A stretch of 64,000 nucleotides of DNA from an uncultured Verrucomicrobiae bacterium (GCA_963765205.1 CAVXVB010000002.1:150635-214634); one strand, 5' to 3'; shown: positions 10,102 to 21,586, counted from the stretch's first letter. Notes: generated by a model from the letters alone, not told the origin. Program-made: numbers and translations.

Positions 10102-10907
10102 TACAATACTTCACGCACAGGCTTTTGTCAAGTGATTTTGAACAGATTTTTCAGGTATTTCTAAGCTGGCTTTTAGTGCCAAATTGTCTCGACTTGCCCA
10201 CTTTAATCCGTCCATAAGTTCCGACTGCATAGCCAAATAAAAAGAAAGAGAAATCTCCCATTACCACGGCGAAAATCTGCGCTTTTGACCAATGAGGAAT
10301 TACGAAAATTACTCTCTCAAAGACCTTACTGCTCGTAAAGCTGTTTTGGATGGTTTCCTTATCGGGTATGGTGGCGGCGTGGTTGTTTGCACTCTGATAG
10401 CTTATGGCTTTGCACATTTTGATAACCGATGAGGAGGATTCAAAAAGCGGGCGGAATTAAATGCAGTAATTTCCGCGATTGAAAAAGAATATCCCGATCT
10501 AGCCTTGTGGGCACACCCTGCAAAAAAATGAGAATTTTACGCGAGATTTTAAGAATTAACTTATGCAATCCAAACAAACCAAAGAAAAGACAGGCGAGCG
10601 CGACCCCTACGGCAAGCAAGACAAGCCGGGGCCAAGGCCGGAGACCCTTAAATTCGAGGGGCATTGGCATGATGCTGTCAAAATGGCCCTACACAAAAAG
10701 CGCCCGGCTGACGGCTGGCCTAAAATGCCGCGCAAGTAATTCAGGGAAATTCAGGCTTTTTCAGGGATATTCAACCCTTCCGCTATCTGTGCGTTAAATA
10801 CATACTTCCGATAAGTTAATAGTGGGGCCGCGCCCGCAGCCCGCTGGGTTTGCACCGTAAAGCGGCGCGTCTAAAAGGCAATTGTAAAGCCCCGCGTGCC
10901 ACCGGCC

Positions 10908-12071
10908 TCAAGGCCCCTGCCACGGTGCGCGGGTGGCGTGTTGGGGGAGGTATTTGGTTTTCAGCAGCCGCCAGGCCACCACCACAAACGCGGTCAGCGG
11001 CACGCCGAGAATAATGCCCAGCAAGCCGTGCAGCGCCTGCCCCCAGAAAAAAATCGAAACAATGATAACCATCGGATGCAGGCCCGTGCGCTCTCCCATG
11101 ATTTTCGGCGTGAGGTAATACGCCTCCACCACTTGCACGACCCCGATCACTGCGCCGGCTGCCGCCAGCAGCCCCCACCCGCCGTCCGGCTGGATATAGG
11201 CCACCGGCAAAATCACCGCCAGCCCGAGAATCACGCCGAGAAATGGCACCAGGTTGAGGAAACCGAAAAACAGCCCGAGCACAAAGCCGCCCTGCAAGCC
11301 GATGGCCATGAAACCGATTGCCTGCAATACGCCCATGATCAGCCCGATCAGCAGCCGACCATGGAAAAACGAAACCATGATCCCGGCAAATTCCCGGATC
11401 AAAAACACCACGTCCTCCCGCACCTTGGGTGGCAAAAAGGTCAGTTGCTCGCGGAAATCACGCGCGAAGTTGCGGTTCGATTCCAGCAAAAAAAACAAGT
11501 AAATCGGAATCACCGCCACGGCGGCGGAGAACTCGAAGAGCCGGCCCAGCGTGGACGGCGCGGACAACAGCAGGGCGAGCACGCGCTGGTTCGCCTCGTT
11601 GACGCGGGCCAGCAGGTTCTGTTCATCAAGGTAATTCCGCACCATCTGGTAAACGTCCGGGTATTGGCGCAGGACGTTTTTCACGCGCGTGAAGGCGTGC
11701 CGGGCGGAATCCGGCCCGGCGTGCATCAAATCCACCAACTGGCTCATCAGCAGCGGCAGCACTAGCAAACCTAGGGCCAGGCACGCCGCCACCACTAAAA
11801 AATACAGCAGCAAAATCGCCCGCATTCGCGGCAGCTTGAGATTGTGTTCGAGGCTGTTGACCACCGGCCGCAGCAGCACGGCCAGGATGCCTGCGATGAC
11901 CAGCGGCCAGATCACATGCCCGAACTCCGCCAGGAACAGCCGCAGCCCCCAGACTACGAGACACGCCACCGACAGCAAAAATAAACCGGCCAGTGCCGAC
12001 ACCGCCAGTGCCGTCAGGCGGCGCTGGCCGGGCGTGAGCCACGGGTGGTGGGGTGGGGGAAGGTCGTTCAT
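10908..12071 (-). CDS. AI-2E family (PerM/TqsA-like) transporter
   Basis: LNLVPFLG, YLTPKIMGERTGLHP and GLLGIILGVPL motifs; multiple TMs. Confidence 0.9.
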   Translation of the reverse strand: MNDLPPPHHPWLTPGQRRLTALAVSALAGLFLLSVACLVVWGLRLFLAEFGHVIWPLVIAGILAVLLRPVVNSLEHNLKLPRMRAILLLYFLVVAACLALGLLVLPLLMSQLVDLMHAGPDSARHAFTRVKNVLRQYPDVYQMVRNYLDEQNLLARVNEANQRVLALLLSAPSTLGRLFEFSAAVAVIPIYLFFLLESNRNFARDFREQLTFLPPKVREDVVFLIREFAGIMVSFFHGRLLIGLIMGVLQAIGFMAIGLQGGFVLGLFFGFLNLVPFLGVILGLAVILPVAYIQPDGGWGLLAAAGAVIGVVQVVEAYYLTPKIMGERTGLHPMVIIVSIFFWGQALHGLLGIILGVPLTAFVVVAWRLLKTKYLPQHATRAPWQGP

Positions 12072-12093
12072 TCGGGTTGGTTTGGGCAATGGC

Positions 12094-12375
12094 TCAGTCC
12101 TCTTCGTCGCCCAGCCCCAGTTCCTTTTTGATTTCGGGGACTTGTTCCAGCTCGTCGAGCAATTCATTCACGCTGAAATCGGCGACCACAAAATCGCCGT
12201 ATTCAAACGTCGGCGTCAGCGCCTGCCCGCTGATCTCCACCATACGCAACATGGACGCTTTGCTTGCGGTCACATCGCGCACGTCGAGTTCAACCCCATG
12301 CTGGGAGAAAAACGCCATGGCCTCCCGGCACCACGGGCACCCGGGCTTGATGTAGAGAATGGGTTTATGTTTCAT
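12094..12375 (-). CDS. Glutaredoxin-family protein
   Basis: LYIKPGCPWC redox motif, SGQALTP cis-Pro motif; AAGGAGG ribosome site upstream. Confidence 0.88.
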   Translation of the reverse strand: MKHKPILYIKPGCPWCREAMAFFSQHGVELDVRDVTASKASMLRMVEISGQALTPTFEYGDFVVADFSVNELLDELEQVPEIKKELGLGDEED

Positions 12376-12500
12376 GAGTGGCCTCCTTCTTCCCAATATC
12401 GCCCCATTCCCGGCGGCGTTCAATGGCAAATCCTCGCAAAAATATGTGCGTTGAGGGTTGAGGGACGTGCAATTTTGGCCGATACTGAAAGTTTGTCTCC

Positions 12501-15374
12501 ATGAGCCTGGACTCCGCCCTCCCTCTCGCCGCCGCGCCGCCCGCCTGCATCCACATCAAGGGCGCGCGCGAGCACAACTTGCGCAACCTCGAACTGCGCC
12601 TGCCGCGCCAGAAGCTCATCGTCATCACCGGCGTCAGCGGCTCCGGCAAGTCCTCGCTCGCCTTCGACACGATTTACGCCGAAGGCTATCGCAAATACAT
12701 GGAGAGCCTCTCTGTGCGCGCGCGGCAGTTGCTCGACCAGTTGAAGCGGCCGGAGGTGGACTTCATCACCGGGCTGCCGCCCGTCATCGCCATCGAGCAG
12801 CGCACTGGTGCGGGCGCCAACCCGCGCAGTACCGTCGCCACCGTCACGGAAATCGCCGATTTCGCGCGGCTGGCCTGGACGCTGGCCGGCGAGCAGCGCT
12901 GCCCGCTCGACGGCGGGGCTATTGAGCGCCGCACGCTCGATGATTGCGTGGCGCGAATTTTCCAGGAACCGGCCAACAGCAAGCTCGTGCTCCTCGCGCC
13001 GGGCGAGACGGCCAAGCCCGCGTTTTGGCGCGAGGAAATTCCGCGCCTGCGCCAGCGCGGCTTCACCCGCGCGCGCGTCAACGGCGTGCTGCGCGAATTG
13101 CAGGAGCCGGATTTGCTGGATGGCCGCGCGCGCGAAATCACCCTCGATTTGGTCGTGGATCGCCTGGTCATCGAGCCGGCGCAGCGCAGCCGGCTGGCGG
13201 ACTCTCTCGAACTCGCCTTCCGTGAAGGCCGCGACCGCGCGCTTGCGCTGGTGCAAAGGGCCGCCGGCGGCGCGTGGAAGGAAATTCCGCTGAGCCAGAA
13301 GCTCGCCTGCGCGGTGTGCGGCACGGTATATGAGCCGCTCACGCCGCGGTATTTTTCCTACAACCATCCCGAAGGCGCGTGCGCGGAATGTGGCGGCTTG
13401 GGCCGCACGCTGCAATTCGTGCCCGAGCTGGTCGCGCCCGACCCGGAAAAAACCGTGCGGCACGGCGCGATCAAGCCCTGGCGCTTCGGCTCGAAGGCGA
13501 TGATCATCAAGCGCAACGCCATCCTGTGCCAGCTCGCCGCCCAATTGCCCTTCGACCCCGAAGTGCCCTGGCGCGAATTGCCGGAGGCCGCGCGTCACGC
13601 CATTATGCACGGAGCGGGCGAGCGCCTGTTCTCCTTCAAGTTGCGCGCGGGTAATCACAAGCCCGAGGCGCTGCCTTTCGCCGGCGTGCTGGCCGACCTC
13701 GAAGAAACCCGCCGCAATTCATCGAGCGACGGCTTGCGCGCGCGGCTGATGGCGTTTCAGGTTTCCACGCCGTGCCTCGCGTGCAAGGGCCGGCGGCTGA
13801 ACCCGCGGGCGCGCGCGGTGCGCGTGCGGGGCCAAGGCTTCGATGACTTCATGGCGATGACCGTGGACGCCGCGCTGCACTTTGCGGGCGAGACCCGCGC
13901 GGGCGCGACCGGCTTCACGGCGGCGGTGGACGAAGCCTGGCGCGGCCTCGAACACCGCATGCATTTCCTTGGCGAAGTCGGCCTGGGCTACCTGACGCTC
14001 GAACGCGAATACGGCACGCTCAGCGGCGGCGAGACCCAGCGCGCGCGCCTTGCCACCCAACTCGGCACCGGCCTGGTCGGCGTCGCCTACGTGCTTGATG
14101 AGCCGAGCATCGGCCTGCATCCGCGCGACAACCGCGCCCTCGTGCGCCTGCTGCTCGACCTGCGCGACCGTGGCAACGCCGTCCTCGTTGTCGAGCACGA
14201 CGCGGATATGATGCGCGCCGCCGACCACCTTGTTGAACTCGGCCCCGGCGCGGGCGCGCAGGGTGGAAAAATTCTTTTCGAAGGCACGCCGGCGGAATGC
14301 CTGACGGCGCCCGCCTCGCGCACCGGGCCGTATCTTTCCGGCCGCGCAAAGTTGGAGAAAAGCTTGCCCGACCGCATCCCCGATGGCCGCTGGCTGACGG
14401 TGCGCGGCGCGACGGAGCACAACCTGCAAAACGTGGACGCGGCCTTTCCCCTGCAAACGTTCACGGTCGTGTGCGGTGTGTCCGGCTCCGGCAAAAGCAC
14501 GCTCGTGAACGAAATCCTTGGCCACGCCGCGGCGTGGAAGCTCAATGGCGCGAAGACCATTCCCGGCCGCCATCGCGCGCTCGACGGCCTCGAAAACTTC
14601 CAATCCGTCGTGCGCGTGGACCAGGAGCCGATTGGCCGCAGCCCGCGTTCGAACCCGGCGACGTATACCAAGCTGTTCGATTTGCTGCGGGAGTTGTTTG
14701 CCCACTGCGCGCTGGCCAAGGTGCGTGGCTACAAGGCCAATCGTTTTTCCTTCAACGTGCGCGGCGGCCGCTGCGAGCGCTGCCAGGGCGACGGTGTCAT
14801 CCGGCTCGACATGCAATTTTTGGAGGAGGTGCATGTCGAGTGCCCCGGCTGCCGCGGCCGGCGCTACAACCGCGAGACCCTCGAAGTGCGCTTCAAGGGC
14901 CTCAACATTGCCGACACGCTCGACTTGACCGTGGCCGAGGCGCTGGCGTTTTTCCGCGCGCAGCCGCGTTTGGTGGACAAACTGCGCACGCTCGACGCCG
15001 TCGGCCTCGGCTACCTCAAGCTCGGCCAGCCCGCGACGACGCTCTCCGGCGGCGAAGCGCAGCGGCTGAAACTTTCGCTCGAACTGAGTAAGCGTCAGCA
15101 GGGCGGGACACTCTATTTGCTCGACGAGCCAACCACTGGACTGCACTGGGAGGATATCCAGCGCCTGCTCGATTTGCTGTTCCAATTACGTGAGGCGGGC
15201 AACACCATCGTCGTCATTGAGCACCACCTCGATGTGATCCGCCAAGCCGACTGGGTGTTGGAACTCGGGCCCGGCGGCGGCGCGGCGGGCGGACGTTTGA
15301 TTTTCGCCGGGGCGCCCGCGGCCTTGGCGCGCGCGGACACGCCGACGGGCGTTTGCCTCAGGAACCCGGGGTGA
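12501..15374 (+). CDS. uvrA: Excinuclease ABC subunit A
   Basis: Two Walker A (GVSGSGKS), two LSGGE signatures and zinc fingers; 957 aa. Confidence 0.97.
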   Translation: MSLDSALPLAAAPPACIHIKGAREHNLRNLELRLPRQKLIVITGVSGSGKSSLAFDTIYAEGYRKYMESLSVRARQLLDQLKRPEVDFITGLPPVIAIEQRTGAGANPRSTVATVTEIADFARLAWTLAGEQRCPLDGGAIERRTLDDCVARIFQEPANSKLVLLAPGETAKPAFWREEIPRLRQRGFTRARVNGVLRELQEPDLLDGRAREITLDLVVDRLVIEPAQRSRLADSLELAFREGRDRALALVQRAAGGAWKEIPLSQKLACAVCGTVYEPLTPRYFSYNHPEGACAECGGLGRTLQFVPELVAPDPEKTVRHGAIKPWRFGSKAMIIKRNAILCQLAAQLPFDPEVPWRELPEAARHAIMHGAGERLFSFKLRAGNHKPEALPFAGVLADLEETRRNSSSDGLRARLMAFQVSTPCLACKGRRLNPRARAVRVRGQGFDDFMAMTVDAALHFAGETRAGATGFTAAVDEAWRGLEHRMHFLGEVGLGYLTLEREYGTLSGGETQRARLATQLGTGLVGVAYVLDEPSIGLHPRDNRALVRLLLDLRDRGNAVLVVEHDADMMRAADHLVELGPGAGAQGGKILFEGTPAECLTAPASRTGPYLSGRAKLEKSLPDRIPDGRWLTVRGATEHNLQNVDAAFPLQTFTVVCGVSGSGKSTLVNEILGHAAAWKLNGAKTIPGRHRALDGLENFQSVVRVDQEPIGRSPRSNPATYTKLFDLLRELFAHCALAKVRGYKANRFSFNVRGGRCERCQGDGVIRLDMQFLEEVHVECPGCRGRRYNRETLEVRFKGLNIADTLDLTVAEALAFFRAQPRLVDKLRTLDAVGLGYLKLGQPATTLSGGEAQRLKLSLELSKRQQGGTLYLLDEPTTGLHWEDIQRLLDLLFQLREAGNTIVVIEHHLDVIRQADWVLELGPGGGAAGGRLIFAGAPAALARADTPTGVCLRNPG

Positions 15375-16197
15375 TGGCCGGGCCGCCTTCCGGGACGATC
15401 AGGCCCGACGGCTCGGCCAGAGTCGCCGCCTCGACGCGGCTGATATGAACGACCAGATACTTATACAATGTCACCGGTTTGATGGGCACATCCGGGCGGG
15501 TCGGCGCCAGGCGTTCCGACAGGAGAAAACAGGAATAGGATCCCGCCCGCGCAATCGCGTCTTTCGTCACCACCGTCGCCGCCGTGACGGGCAGGAAGGT
15601 TCCCGGCACGGTGGGGTTGGCCACCCACTTTACTTCCGTGGAATCGTATAAATGCACGCTGAACCAAATCCCGTCCTGCGTTTCCATGCGGGCGAGGAAA
15701 TAGATGATTTGGCCCAAGGGCAGCGAATAACCCAGCGGGTGGCCCGCCTTGTCCGCGTCGAGCACCATCACATTGTCCGACCGGGTCTTTGCGCCCATGA
15801 CGCACATCAATTCGACGGGCTTGAAATCCACCGCATTTTCCGGTTTCCATTGCGCTTCGGACAGGGAAAAGTCCGTCATGTCCGGTGGTGGCTTATAGAT
15901 GGATTCCATCTCGCCCACCTCGACACTCAGCCATTCCTGGTGCATTTCCGCGGGCTTGTAGTCAGAGGCAAAATCAGCAAAGTCCATTGGGAGATTGGGC
16001 TTGTGCGGCCCCGGGGAAGCCGGGGCTGGCGCGGGCGATGGACTTGGGGCCGGCGTGGTGGTTGCAGTCGTGGCGGCAGTTGCCGCATCGTCAGCGGCGC
16101 GGGTGGGTGTTAATGCACTGGCCAGCGCGAGTGCGCCGAGGAAGCACCAAGTCGGGTGCTGGCGAAACTTCCGTAATGGAGAAAAGGGAGATTTCAT
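15358..16197 (-). CDS. Hypothetical secreted protein
   Basis: Signal peptide, Thr/Pro linker and a globular domain; co-oriented with neighbours. Confidence 0.6.
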   Translation of the reverse strand: MKSPFSPLRKFRQHPTWCFLGALALASALTPTRAADDAATAATTATTTPAPSPSPAPAPASPGPHKPNLPMDFADFASDYKPAEMHQEWLSVEVGEMESIYKPPPDMTDFSLSEAQWKPENAVDFKPVELMCVMGAKTRSDNVMVLDADKAGHPLGYSLPLGQIIYFLARMETQDGIWFSVHLYDSTEVKWVANPTVPGTFLPVTAATVVTKDAIARAGSYSCFLLSERLAPTRPDVPIKPVTLYKYLVVHISRVEAATLAEPSGLIVPEGGPAITPGS

Positions 16198-16226
16198 GGC
16201 TGTTATTGCGGACGCAGAGCCGGCTG

Positions 16227-16787
16227 TCAGTTTTTCATCGAAAAATTGTTCTGGATGTAATCAATGTCCGCCTGGAGATCCTTCAGTTCCTCGGCCCAGT
16301 AATATTCGATCACCATGATGTTGTGGTGGTCGCTGTTGAAGATGAAAACCTTGATCCCGCCGGGGTAGGTGTCGAGAATCTTGCCCTTGAGGTGCATGCC
16401 GGTGCCCTTGAACTGGCCCCATTCATCAATCTTCGTTTTCGTCAGTGCGTTGATGGCGTAGCCGTCGAGGCCTTCAATCGTCGAGGCCAGCAATTTGACG
16501 GTGTCGGCGGTCTTGTCCACGATGTCAAAGGAAACGTAGCTCTGCTTTTTGTCCGGGCCGTTGAGGGTGAAGTGGCTTTCCGCCTTGTAGTCCGGGTCGT
16601 CCGTGGCCTCCTTCCACGCGGTGGGGTATTTGAGGGCAAAATTCGTGCGGTCAATGACTTTGAATTCGGCGGCAGCCGGGGCGTCGTCCGCGCGCGCCGT
16701 CGCCAGCAAAGCCAGCGCCGCCACCGCGGCGAATCGCCCGCGCGAGAGGAAACGTCGCAGCCCGGCAAAAAAGAAACAATTTTTCAT
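16227..16787 (-). CDS. Hypothetical secreted protein (possibly PsbP/DcrB-like fold)
   Basis: Signal peptide ending ARA-D; FALKYPTAWKE motif. Confidence 0.65.
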   Translation of the reverse strand: MKNCFFFAGLRRFLSRGRFAAVAALALLATARADDAPAAAEFKVIDRTNFALKYPTAWKEATDDPDYKAESHFTLNGPDKKQSYVSFDIVDKTADTVKLLASTIEGLDGYAINALTKTKIDEWGQFKGTGMHLKGKILDTYPGGIKVFIFNSDHHNIMVIEYYWAEELKDLQADIDYIQNNFSMKN

Positions 16788-16919
16788 GGACGGGGAAAAG
16801 ACGAAGGAGCGGGGCAGGGGAAAAGCTGCTAGCCCAGCTGATCAGGCTTCGTCAAGCCCCCGTATGATTGCACAAAGACTGCCGCTGGCAACCATCATTT
16901 TTTCCATCCAACTTCTTAA

Positions 16920-18278
16920 TCACACTTCGGTCGCCTCGCCCGGCACGGGGTCAATCACGCGCGGGGCGTGGGGCGCACGGGCGAGTTCCCCGGCAAACCA
17001 GGCGCGCGCGGGCGGGTCGCCGTGGGTGATGACGACGGTGCGCGGACGGCGGGCTAACGCGTAGGCGAGCAGTTCCTCCCGCTCGGCGTGCGCGCTCAAG
17101 TCGAATCGCTCGACCCGCGCCCGCACGGGGGTGACGAACGGCAGGGTGTCAAAGGTGAATTTTTCGCCGGGTTTGGTGGCCAGCAGCTTGCCGCCGGGCG
17201 TTTCCGGGTCGCAATAGCCCGCGAAATAAATCGCGTTGCGCGGCTGCGCCAGCAGGCCCGCGGCAAACGCATACGACGGCGTGTTCTCGACCATCATGCC
17301 GCTGCTCAACACATACAGGCCGCGCTGGCCGGGTTCGCGCCCCGGCCCAAGTTTCTGCCGCAGCGGCTGCACGTTCATCTCCTGCAGGATGCGGCGGCGA
17401 AAGCGGATGGTGGGGTTCGTTTTCGCCAGTTCGTCAAAATGGTTCACCAAGTCCAGCCCGAGGCCCGAGGCGAAAATCAGCGACTCCGGCAATTTCCGCG
17501 CGCGCCGCGCGGCGTGCAGCAGCGCGAGCACTTCCTGCATCCGCCCGAGCGCGAACACTGGCACCAGCGCCGTGCCGCCGCCCGCCAGGGTTTGCCCGAG
17601 CGCCTCGATGAACCGCGCCGCCTCGGAGTCCCGCGTCGTGCCCACTGCGCGCCCCCGCGCCCCCCGCGTGATCTCAGTGACGACGGTGTCAAACTTGTCC
17701 TCGGGAAAACGCGCCCCCGTCAGCGTCAATTGGTCGGCAAACAGCACGTCGCCGGTGAAAAATATCCGCTCCTTCCCGTAAACAACACGCAGGCCCGCCG
17801 CGCCCGCGACGTGGCCTGCCGGGAAAAAAGTAAGTTCGAGCCGGTGTCCTTTTTTGACCAGGGTGTGGGGCTTGGCGAACGGCACGGCCCGCAACCGGCC
17901 TTCGAGGCGCTCGACTTCGCCATAGGTGAACAGCGGCAGCTCGCTCAGGCCGAGTTCCTCGCGCTGGCGCAGCATCACCCCGCACGAATTGCGCAGCATC
18001 CGCGGCAGCAGCACCTGCGTCGGCGGCGTCACGAAAATCTGCGCGGAGGGCTGATAGCGCGCCAGCACCGGCAACCCGCCGATATGGTCGAGGTGGCTGT
18101 GCGTGATGACGATGAAATCCAGCGAATCGTCGGCCAATTTTGCCAGCGCGGGCAGCGAACCGGCGCCGGCCTTTTTCGGGTGCATCCCGCAGTCGAACAC
18201 GAAACGGAAGGGCCCGAGTTCGATGAGGAGGCAGTTCGAGCCAATGTCGCGCGCGGGATTGAGGTCGGTCAGTTGCAT
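16920..18278 (-). CDS. MBL-fold beta-CASP ribonuclease
   Basis: IGSNC, DCG, HSHLDH, AGHVAG, TGD, PVFALGRMQE, SSGM, SAHA motifs. Confidence 0.92.
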   Translation of the reverse strand: MQLTDLNPARDIGSNCLLIELGPFRFVFDCGMHPKKAGAGSLPALAKLADDSLDFIVITHSHLDHIGGLPVLARYQPSAQIFVTPPTQVLLPRMLRNSCGVMLRQREELGLSELPLFTYGEVERLEGRLRAVPFAKPHTLVKKGHRLELTFFPAGHVAGAAGLRVVYGKERIFFTGDVLFADQLTLTGARFPEDKFDTVVTEITRGARGRAVGTTRDSEAARFIEALGQTLAGGGTALVPVFALGRMQEVLALLHAARRARKLPESLIFASGLGLDLVNHFDELAKTNPTIRFRRRILQEMNVQPLRQKLGPGREPGQRGLYVLSSGMMVENTPSYAFAAGLLAQPRNAIYFAGYCDPETPGGKLLATKPGEKFTFDTLPFVTPVRARVERFDLSAHAEREELLAYALARRPRTVVITHGDPPARAWFAGELARAPHAPRVIDPVPGEATEV

Positions 18279-18316
18279 GGGTGGCGGGCATAAATTATTC
18301 GCAAAGGTTTTGTTTC

Positions 18317-18343
18317 GTAGCGCGGTGCTTCAGCCCGCGCTGC
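18317..18343 (+). repeat. GTAG-type REP-like palindrome
   Basis: GTAGCGCGG-TGCTTCAGC-CCGCGCTGC stem-loop; related inverted pair at 57651-57716. Confidence 0.45.
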
Positions 18344-18394
18344 TTGTCCTTATCAGTATTCGCGAGCATGGTCTAGGTTCTGTTTTAAAACTAA

Positions 18395-18484
18395 ACCACA
18401 GATGGCACGGATAGCACGGATGGCTTTCATCCTAAGGGCTGCAGCCGTGATCTCTTTATCCGTGCTATCCGTGTCATCCGTGGT
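18395..18484. repeat. Hairpin with arms made of 9-nt units (CACGGATAG-like)
   Basis: ACCACAGATGGCACGGATAGCACGGAT / ATCCGTGCTATCCGTGTCATCCGTGGT, 27 bp with 2 mismatches. Confidence 0.85.
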
Positions 18485-18508
18485 GTCTTGGGGATTTAAA
18501 ACACAGTT

Positions 18509-19392
18509 GCTGTGTTGAAAACATAAATGGCCGCGTTTGTCCACTATCTGTGGAGGGCGTAGGCAAGGACACGCAGGGTGGCCTCTTTGAGTAATTGGGT
18601 TTCGGTGCGGCTGTTTAAGGCGCTGCCGAACTTGCGTTTGAGCGCGCTGAAGAAACTTTCCACCTGCCAGCGGCGGCCATAGCCGCGGGCCCGCAGGTGT
18701 TCCGGCGTCATGCGGGAACGCCACTGCCCCCCGAGGGTTCCGTCCGCCCGATGCACCACTGGCCGGATCAGGCTTTCGGTGCCTTGGGCGTGTGCGCGGA
18801 CAGGCACCCATTCGGCGTCGTCGCCGGCGTCGGCGTAGAGCCGCGCGGGCGCGGTGGCCGCAAAGGTTTGTTCCAGCAATGGCGCCGCGTGGCATTTGTC
18901 GTTGCGCGGCCCCCAGCCCACCACCAGCCCCACGGGCAGCAGGCTGCCGCACAACACGGCGGCGGAAACTTTCACGAACCGGTGCCGTGTTCGGCCAGTG
19001 CGGCTAAGGTCATGCGCGCTGGCCACCGTCTTTTCCAGCCCGGTGGCGTCCACCGCCGCGCTGACCCGCCGCCCCTGCCGCCGGGCGGCCGCCTTGGCCG
19101 CGCCGCCCAACTGGGCCAGGATGGCCGCCGCAATGGCCTGCACCTGCGCGCGGGCGCTGAACTTTTGCAGCGTGGTGTAATGCGGCAGTTTGTCCGTGAA
19201 GCCCAGCTGCTGGCGCAACACCTCGCTGGTGGCCAGCACCTCCAACACCCCGCGGTAGGTCGTCTTGAGGCAGGCCTTCAGGAGCAGGCCACTCATCAAC
19301 TGGCGTTGGGTGAAGTCGTGGCGGCTCTTGGCCGCGCCGCAGGCATCGAGGTGGCGCGCCCCCAGCCGCATCGCCAGTTCCGTAAATCGCGC
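18509..19392 (-). mobile_element. IS5/IS4-like (DDE_Tnp_1) element with one end lost; transposase 18544-19392 lacks its first codons
   Basis: VDATG, YADAG, YGRRWQVESFFSALKR motifs; probable terminus GCTGTGTTGAAAAC at 18509; cut by the adjacent IS. Confidence 0.8.
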
Positions 19393-19394
19393 TA

Positions 19395-20240
19395 GAGGCT
19401 GTCCGAAAAGTCTGATTTGGTCAAGTGATGGGCAGATGGGGTAGTGCGATCATGAGGCAGCCGAGGGTGGCGAAGGCGCAAAAGAGCGAGGCGTGTTTTT
19501 CCCAGCGGGTTAAAAGTCGGCGATGGTAGCCCAGCCAGGCGATGGTGCGTTCGACTTTCCAGCGGCGGCGGTAGCGGCGCAGAGGCCGGCCATCTTGGGT
19601 GACATTTTCAGGCAGGCGGTTTTGGCGGTGTGGGGCGATCATCTCGATGCCCAGTTCGGCGAGCGTTTCGTCCAGTTCGTCCACGTCGTAGGCTTTGTCG
19701 CCGATGAGCCGTTTGGGTTGGGCCACAGGTTCACCCAGTTCAAGGGTTTGTTGCACCAGGTCGTGCTCGGCCACCCCGGAGGCCTCCACCGACAGCGCCA
19801 AAGGAATCCCTTGTCCATCAACGATTACCTGCAGCTTGGTTCCTTTGCCCTTGGGGCTGAGGCCCACTGCGTCACCCCCACCCTTGGCGGCGGCAAAGGT
19901 GGCGTCCACAAAGCACTCTTCCAAGTCGATGCGCCCCGCTTCCACCCGTTGGCGGATGACCTTGGCCAGCAGGGAGCGGAAGGCCCGCGACTGGCTCCAG
20001 CGTTGCCGGTAGTCATGCACGGTGGACTTGGGCGGAAAACTCCGCGGCAGGTATTCCCACTGAATCCCGGTGTGCAGCACGAACAACAAGGCCTCGAAGA
20101 CCCGCCGGGCGTCGGCCCGCGGCCGCCCATACCGGCTGGTCTTGGGCCGTTCCAACACCGGCTTCAATAACTCCCATTGTGCATCAGTTGTAAACATATT
20201 GTCCTATAAGCACAAACCTTGCCACTTTTCGGATAGACTC
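19395..20240 (-). mobile_element. IS5-family element (IS427/IS1031-like)
   Basis: Inverted repeats GAGGCTGTCCGAAAAGT / ACTTTTCGGATAGACTC (15 of 17 match), flanked by TA on both sides. Confidence 0.9.
19421..20197 (-). CDS. IS5-family transposase
   Basis: FTTDAQWELL, TGIQWEYLP, VDATF, IGDKAYD, RWKVERTIAWL. Confidence 0.93.
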   Translation of the reverse strand: MFTTDAQWELLKPVLERPKTSRYGRPRADARRVFEALLFVLHTGIQWEYLPRSFPPKSTVHDYRQRWSQSRAFRSLLAKVIRQRVEAGRIDLEECFVDATFAAAKGGGDAVGLSPKGKGTKLQVIVDGQGIPLALSVEASGVAEHDLVQQTLELGEPVAQPKRLIGDKAYDVDELDETLAELGIEMIAPHRQNRLPENVTQDGRPLRRYRRRWKVERTIAWLGYHRRLLTRWEKHASLFCAFATLGCLMIALPHLPIT

Positions 20241-20242
20241 TA

Positions 20243-20424
20243 ATGCCAAATCCCCAGCCATGGATGTCCCTAATTCTCGCCTTTGTCCAGATATGGTTCA
20301 CGGTAACCAGAAAGACCACGTTGTTTGACAGAGCCATTGAATGCTGAAGAAAGTTTCTAATCAGACTGCCGAAGAGTTCACTTAATTGCTCTTGCAGTGT
20401 TGGTATTGTTTTGTCATCGCTCAT
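20243..20424 (-). pseudogene. AT-rich hypothetical gene truncated at its 3' end by the IS5 element
   Basis: ORF MSDDKTIPTLQEQLSELF... runs directly into the IS terminus. Confidence 0.45.
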
Positions 20425-20554
20425 GTTCGTTCAATTAAAGGCATCCAGCCGTTTTTTTGCCAGTAAAATATTGGCAATGTAGCATCTGGAACCGAATGCT
20501 CAAATGCCATTGCAAGGCCTAGGTCATGGAAAGGCGGCTCCGTCGCCGACGTTC

Positions 20555-21586
20555 TCAGTCCCTTTCCCTAAATTCCCCCGCCCAGCCCGCGGCAAAATAA
20601 GTCAGGATGATGTCCGCGCCGGCGCGGCGGATGGCCAGCAGGGCTTCATCGCGCGCGGCGCGCCAGTCGAGCCAGCCGCGCTCGCCGGCGGCGAAAATCT
20701 GCGCGTATTCGCCTGAGACCTGGTAGGCCGCCACCGGCAGCCGCGAGTGCGCGCGCAAATCGGCGATGATATCGAGGTAAAGCAGCGCCGGCTTGACCAT
20801 GAGGATATCCGCGCCCTCGGCTTCGTCCAGCGCAGCCTCGCGCAACGCCTCGCGGCGGTTGGCGGGGTCCATCTGGTAGGTCGCCTTGCTCAGCGGCGGC
20901 TGGCCGGGCGCGCGCTTGCTGCCGACGGCGTCGCGAAACGGTCCATAATAGGCCGAGGCGTATTTCGCACAATAGGCCAGGATGCCGGTCGCCTCATGGC
21001 TGGCGGCGTCGAGCGCGCGGCGAATCGCTCCCACCCGCCCATCCATCATGTCCGACGGCGCGACGAAATCCACGCCCGCCCGCGCGTGCAACACCGCCAT
21101 CTCGGCCAAAATCGCCACCGTGCGGTCGTTGTCCACCTCATCACCCCGCCGCGTCAGCACGCCGTCGTGCCCATGGGTCGTGTAGGGGTCGAGCGCGAGG
21201 TCCGCAAAAATCGGCAGCACCGGCGCGGCGGATTTGACCTCGCCCACCGCGCGTAGAACCAGCGACCGCGGATTGAGCGCCTCGCGGCCCAGATCGTCCT
21301 TGCGCTTCGGATTCACTTTCGGAAACAGCGCCACGCCGCCCAAGCCGAGGTTGGCCAGCTCCCGGCAATGCGCGCCCAGGCCGCCCAAGGGAATCCGCGC
21401 CACCCCCGGCAGCGACGGAATCGGCTCCGGTTCCTTCCCCTCGCACACAAACACCGGCTGGATCAACTGCGCCGGCACGAGGTGCGTCTCCCGCACCAAG
21501 GCGCGCAGGGCCGCCGTGCGACGCAGGCGGCGCGGCCGTTGCGGCAAATCGAGGCGAACCAAACCGGTTTTATCAGCCTTGGGCAT
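20555..21586 (-). CDS. hemB: Porphobilinogen synthase (delta-aminolevulinate dehydratase)
   Basis: RPRRLR, ALDPYTTHGHDG, APSDMMDGRV, LMVKPA, AYQVSGEY. Confidence 0.96.
   Translation of the reverse strand: MPKADKTGLVRLDLPQRPRRLRRTAALRALVRETHLVPAQLIQPVFVCEGKEPEPIPSLPGVARIPLGGLGAHCRELANLGLGGVALFPKVNPKRKDDLGREALNPRSLVLRAVGEVKSAAPVLPIFADLALDPYTTHGHDGVLTRRGDEVDNDRTVAILAEMAVLHARAGVDFVAPSDMMDGRVGAIRRALDAASHEATGILAYCAKYASAYYGPFRDAVGSKRAPGQPPLSKATYQMDPANRREALREAALDEAEGADILMVKPALLYLDIIADLRAHSRLPVAAYQVSGEYAQIFAAGERGWLDWRAARDEALLAIRRAGADIILTYFAAGWAGEFRERD

Larger units (their letters stand above)
9085..10810 (-). mobile_element. IS1595-family element with passenger DNA, internally deleted
   Basis: Perfect 25-bp terminal inverted repeats CGGAAGTATGTATTTAACGCACAGA (9085-9109 / 10786-10810); 8-bp target duplication ATAAGTTA (9077-9084, 10811-10818). 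Confidence 0.93.

Noticed and set aside
10151-10670. Two small ORFs inside the IS1595 element as defined passenger genes
   Set aside because: No motifs, and competing short frames exist on both strands; left as unassigned cargo.
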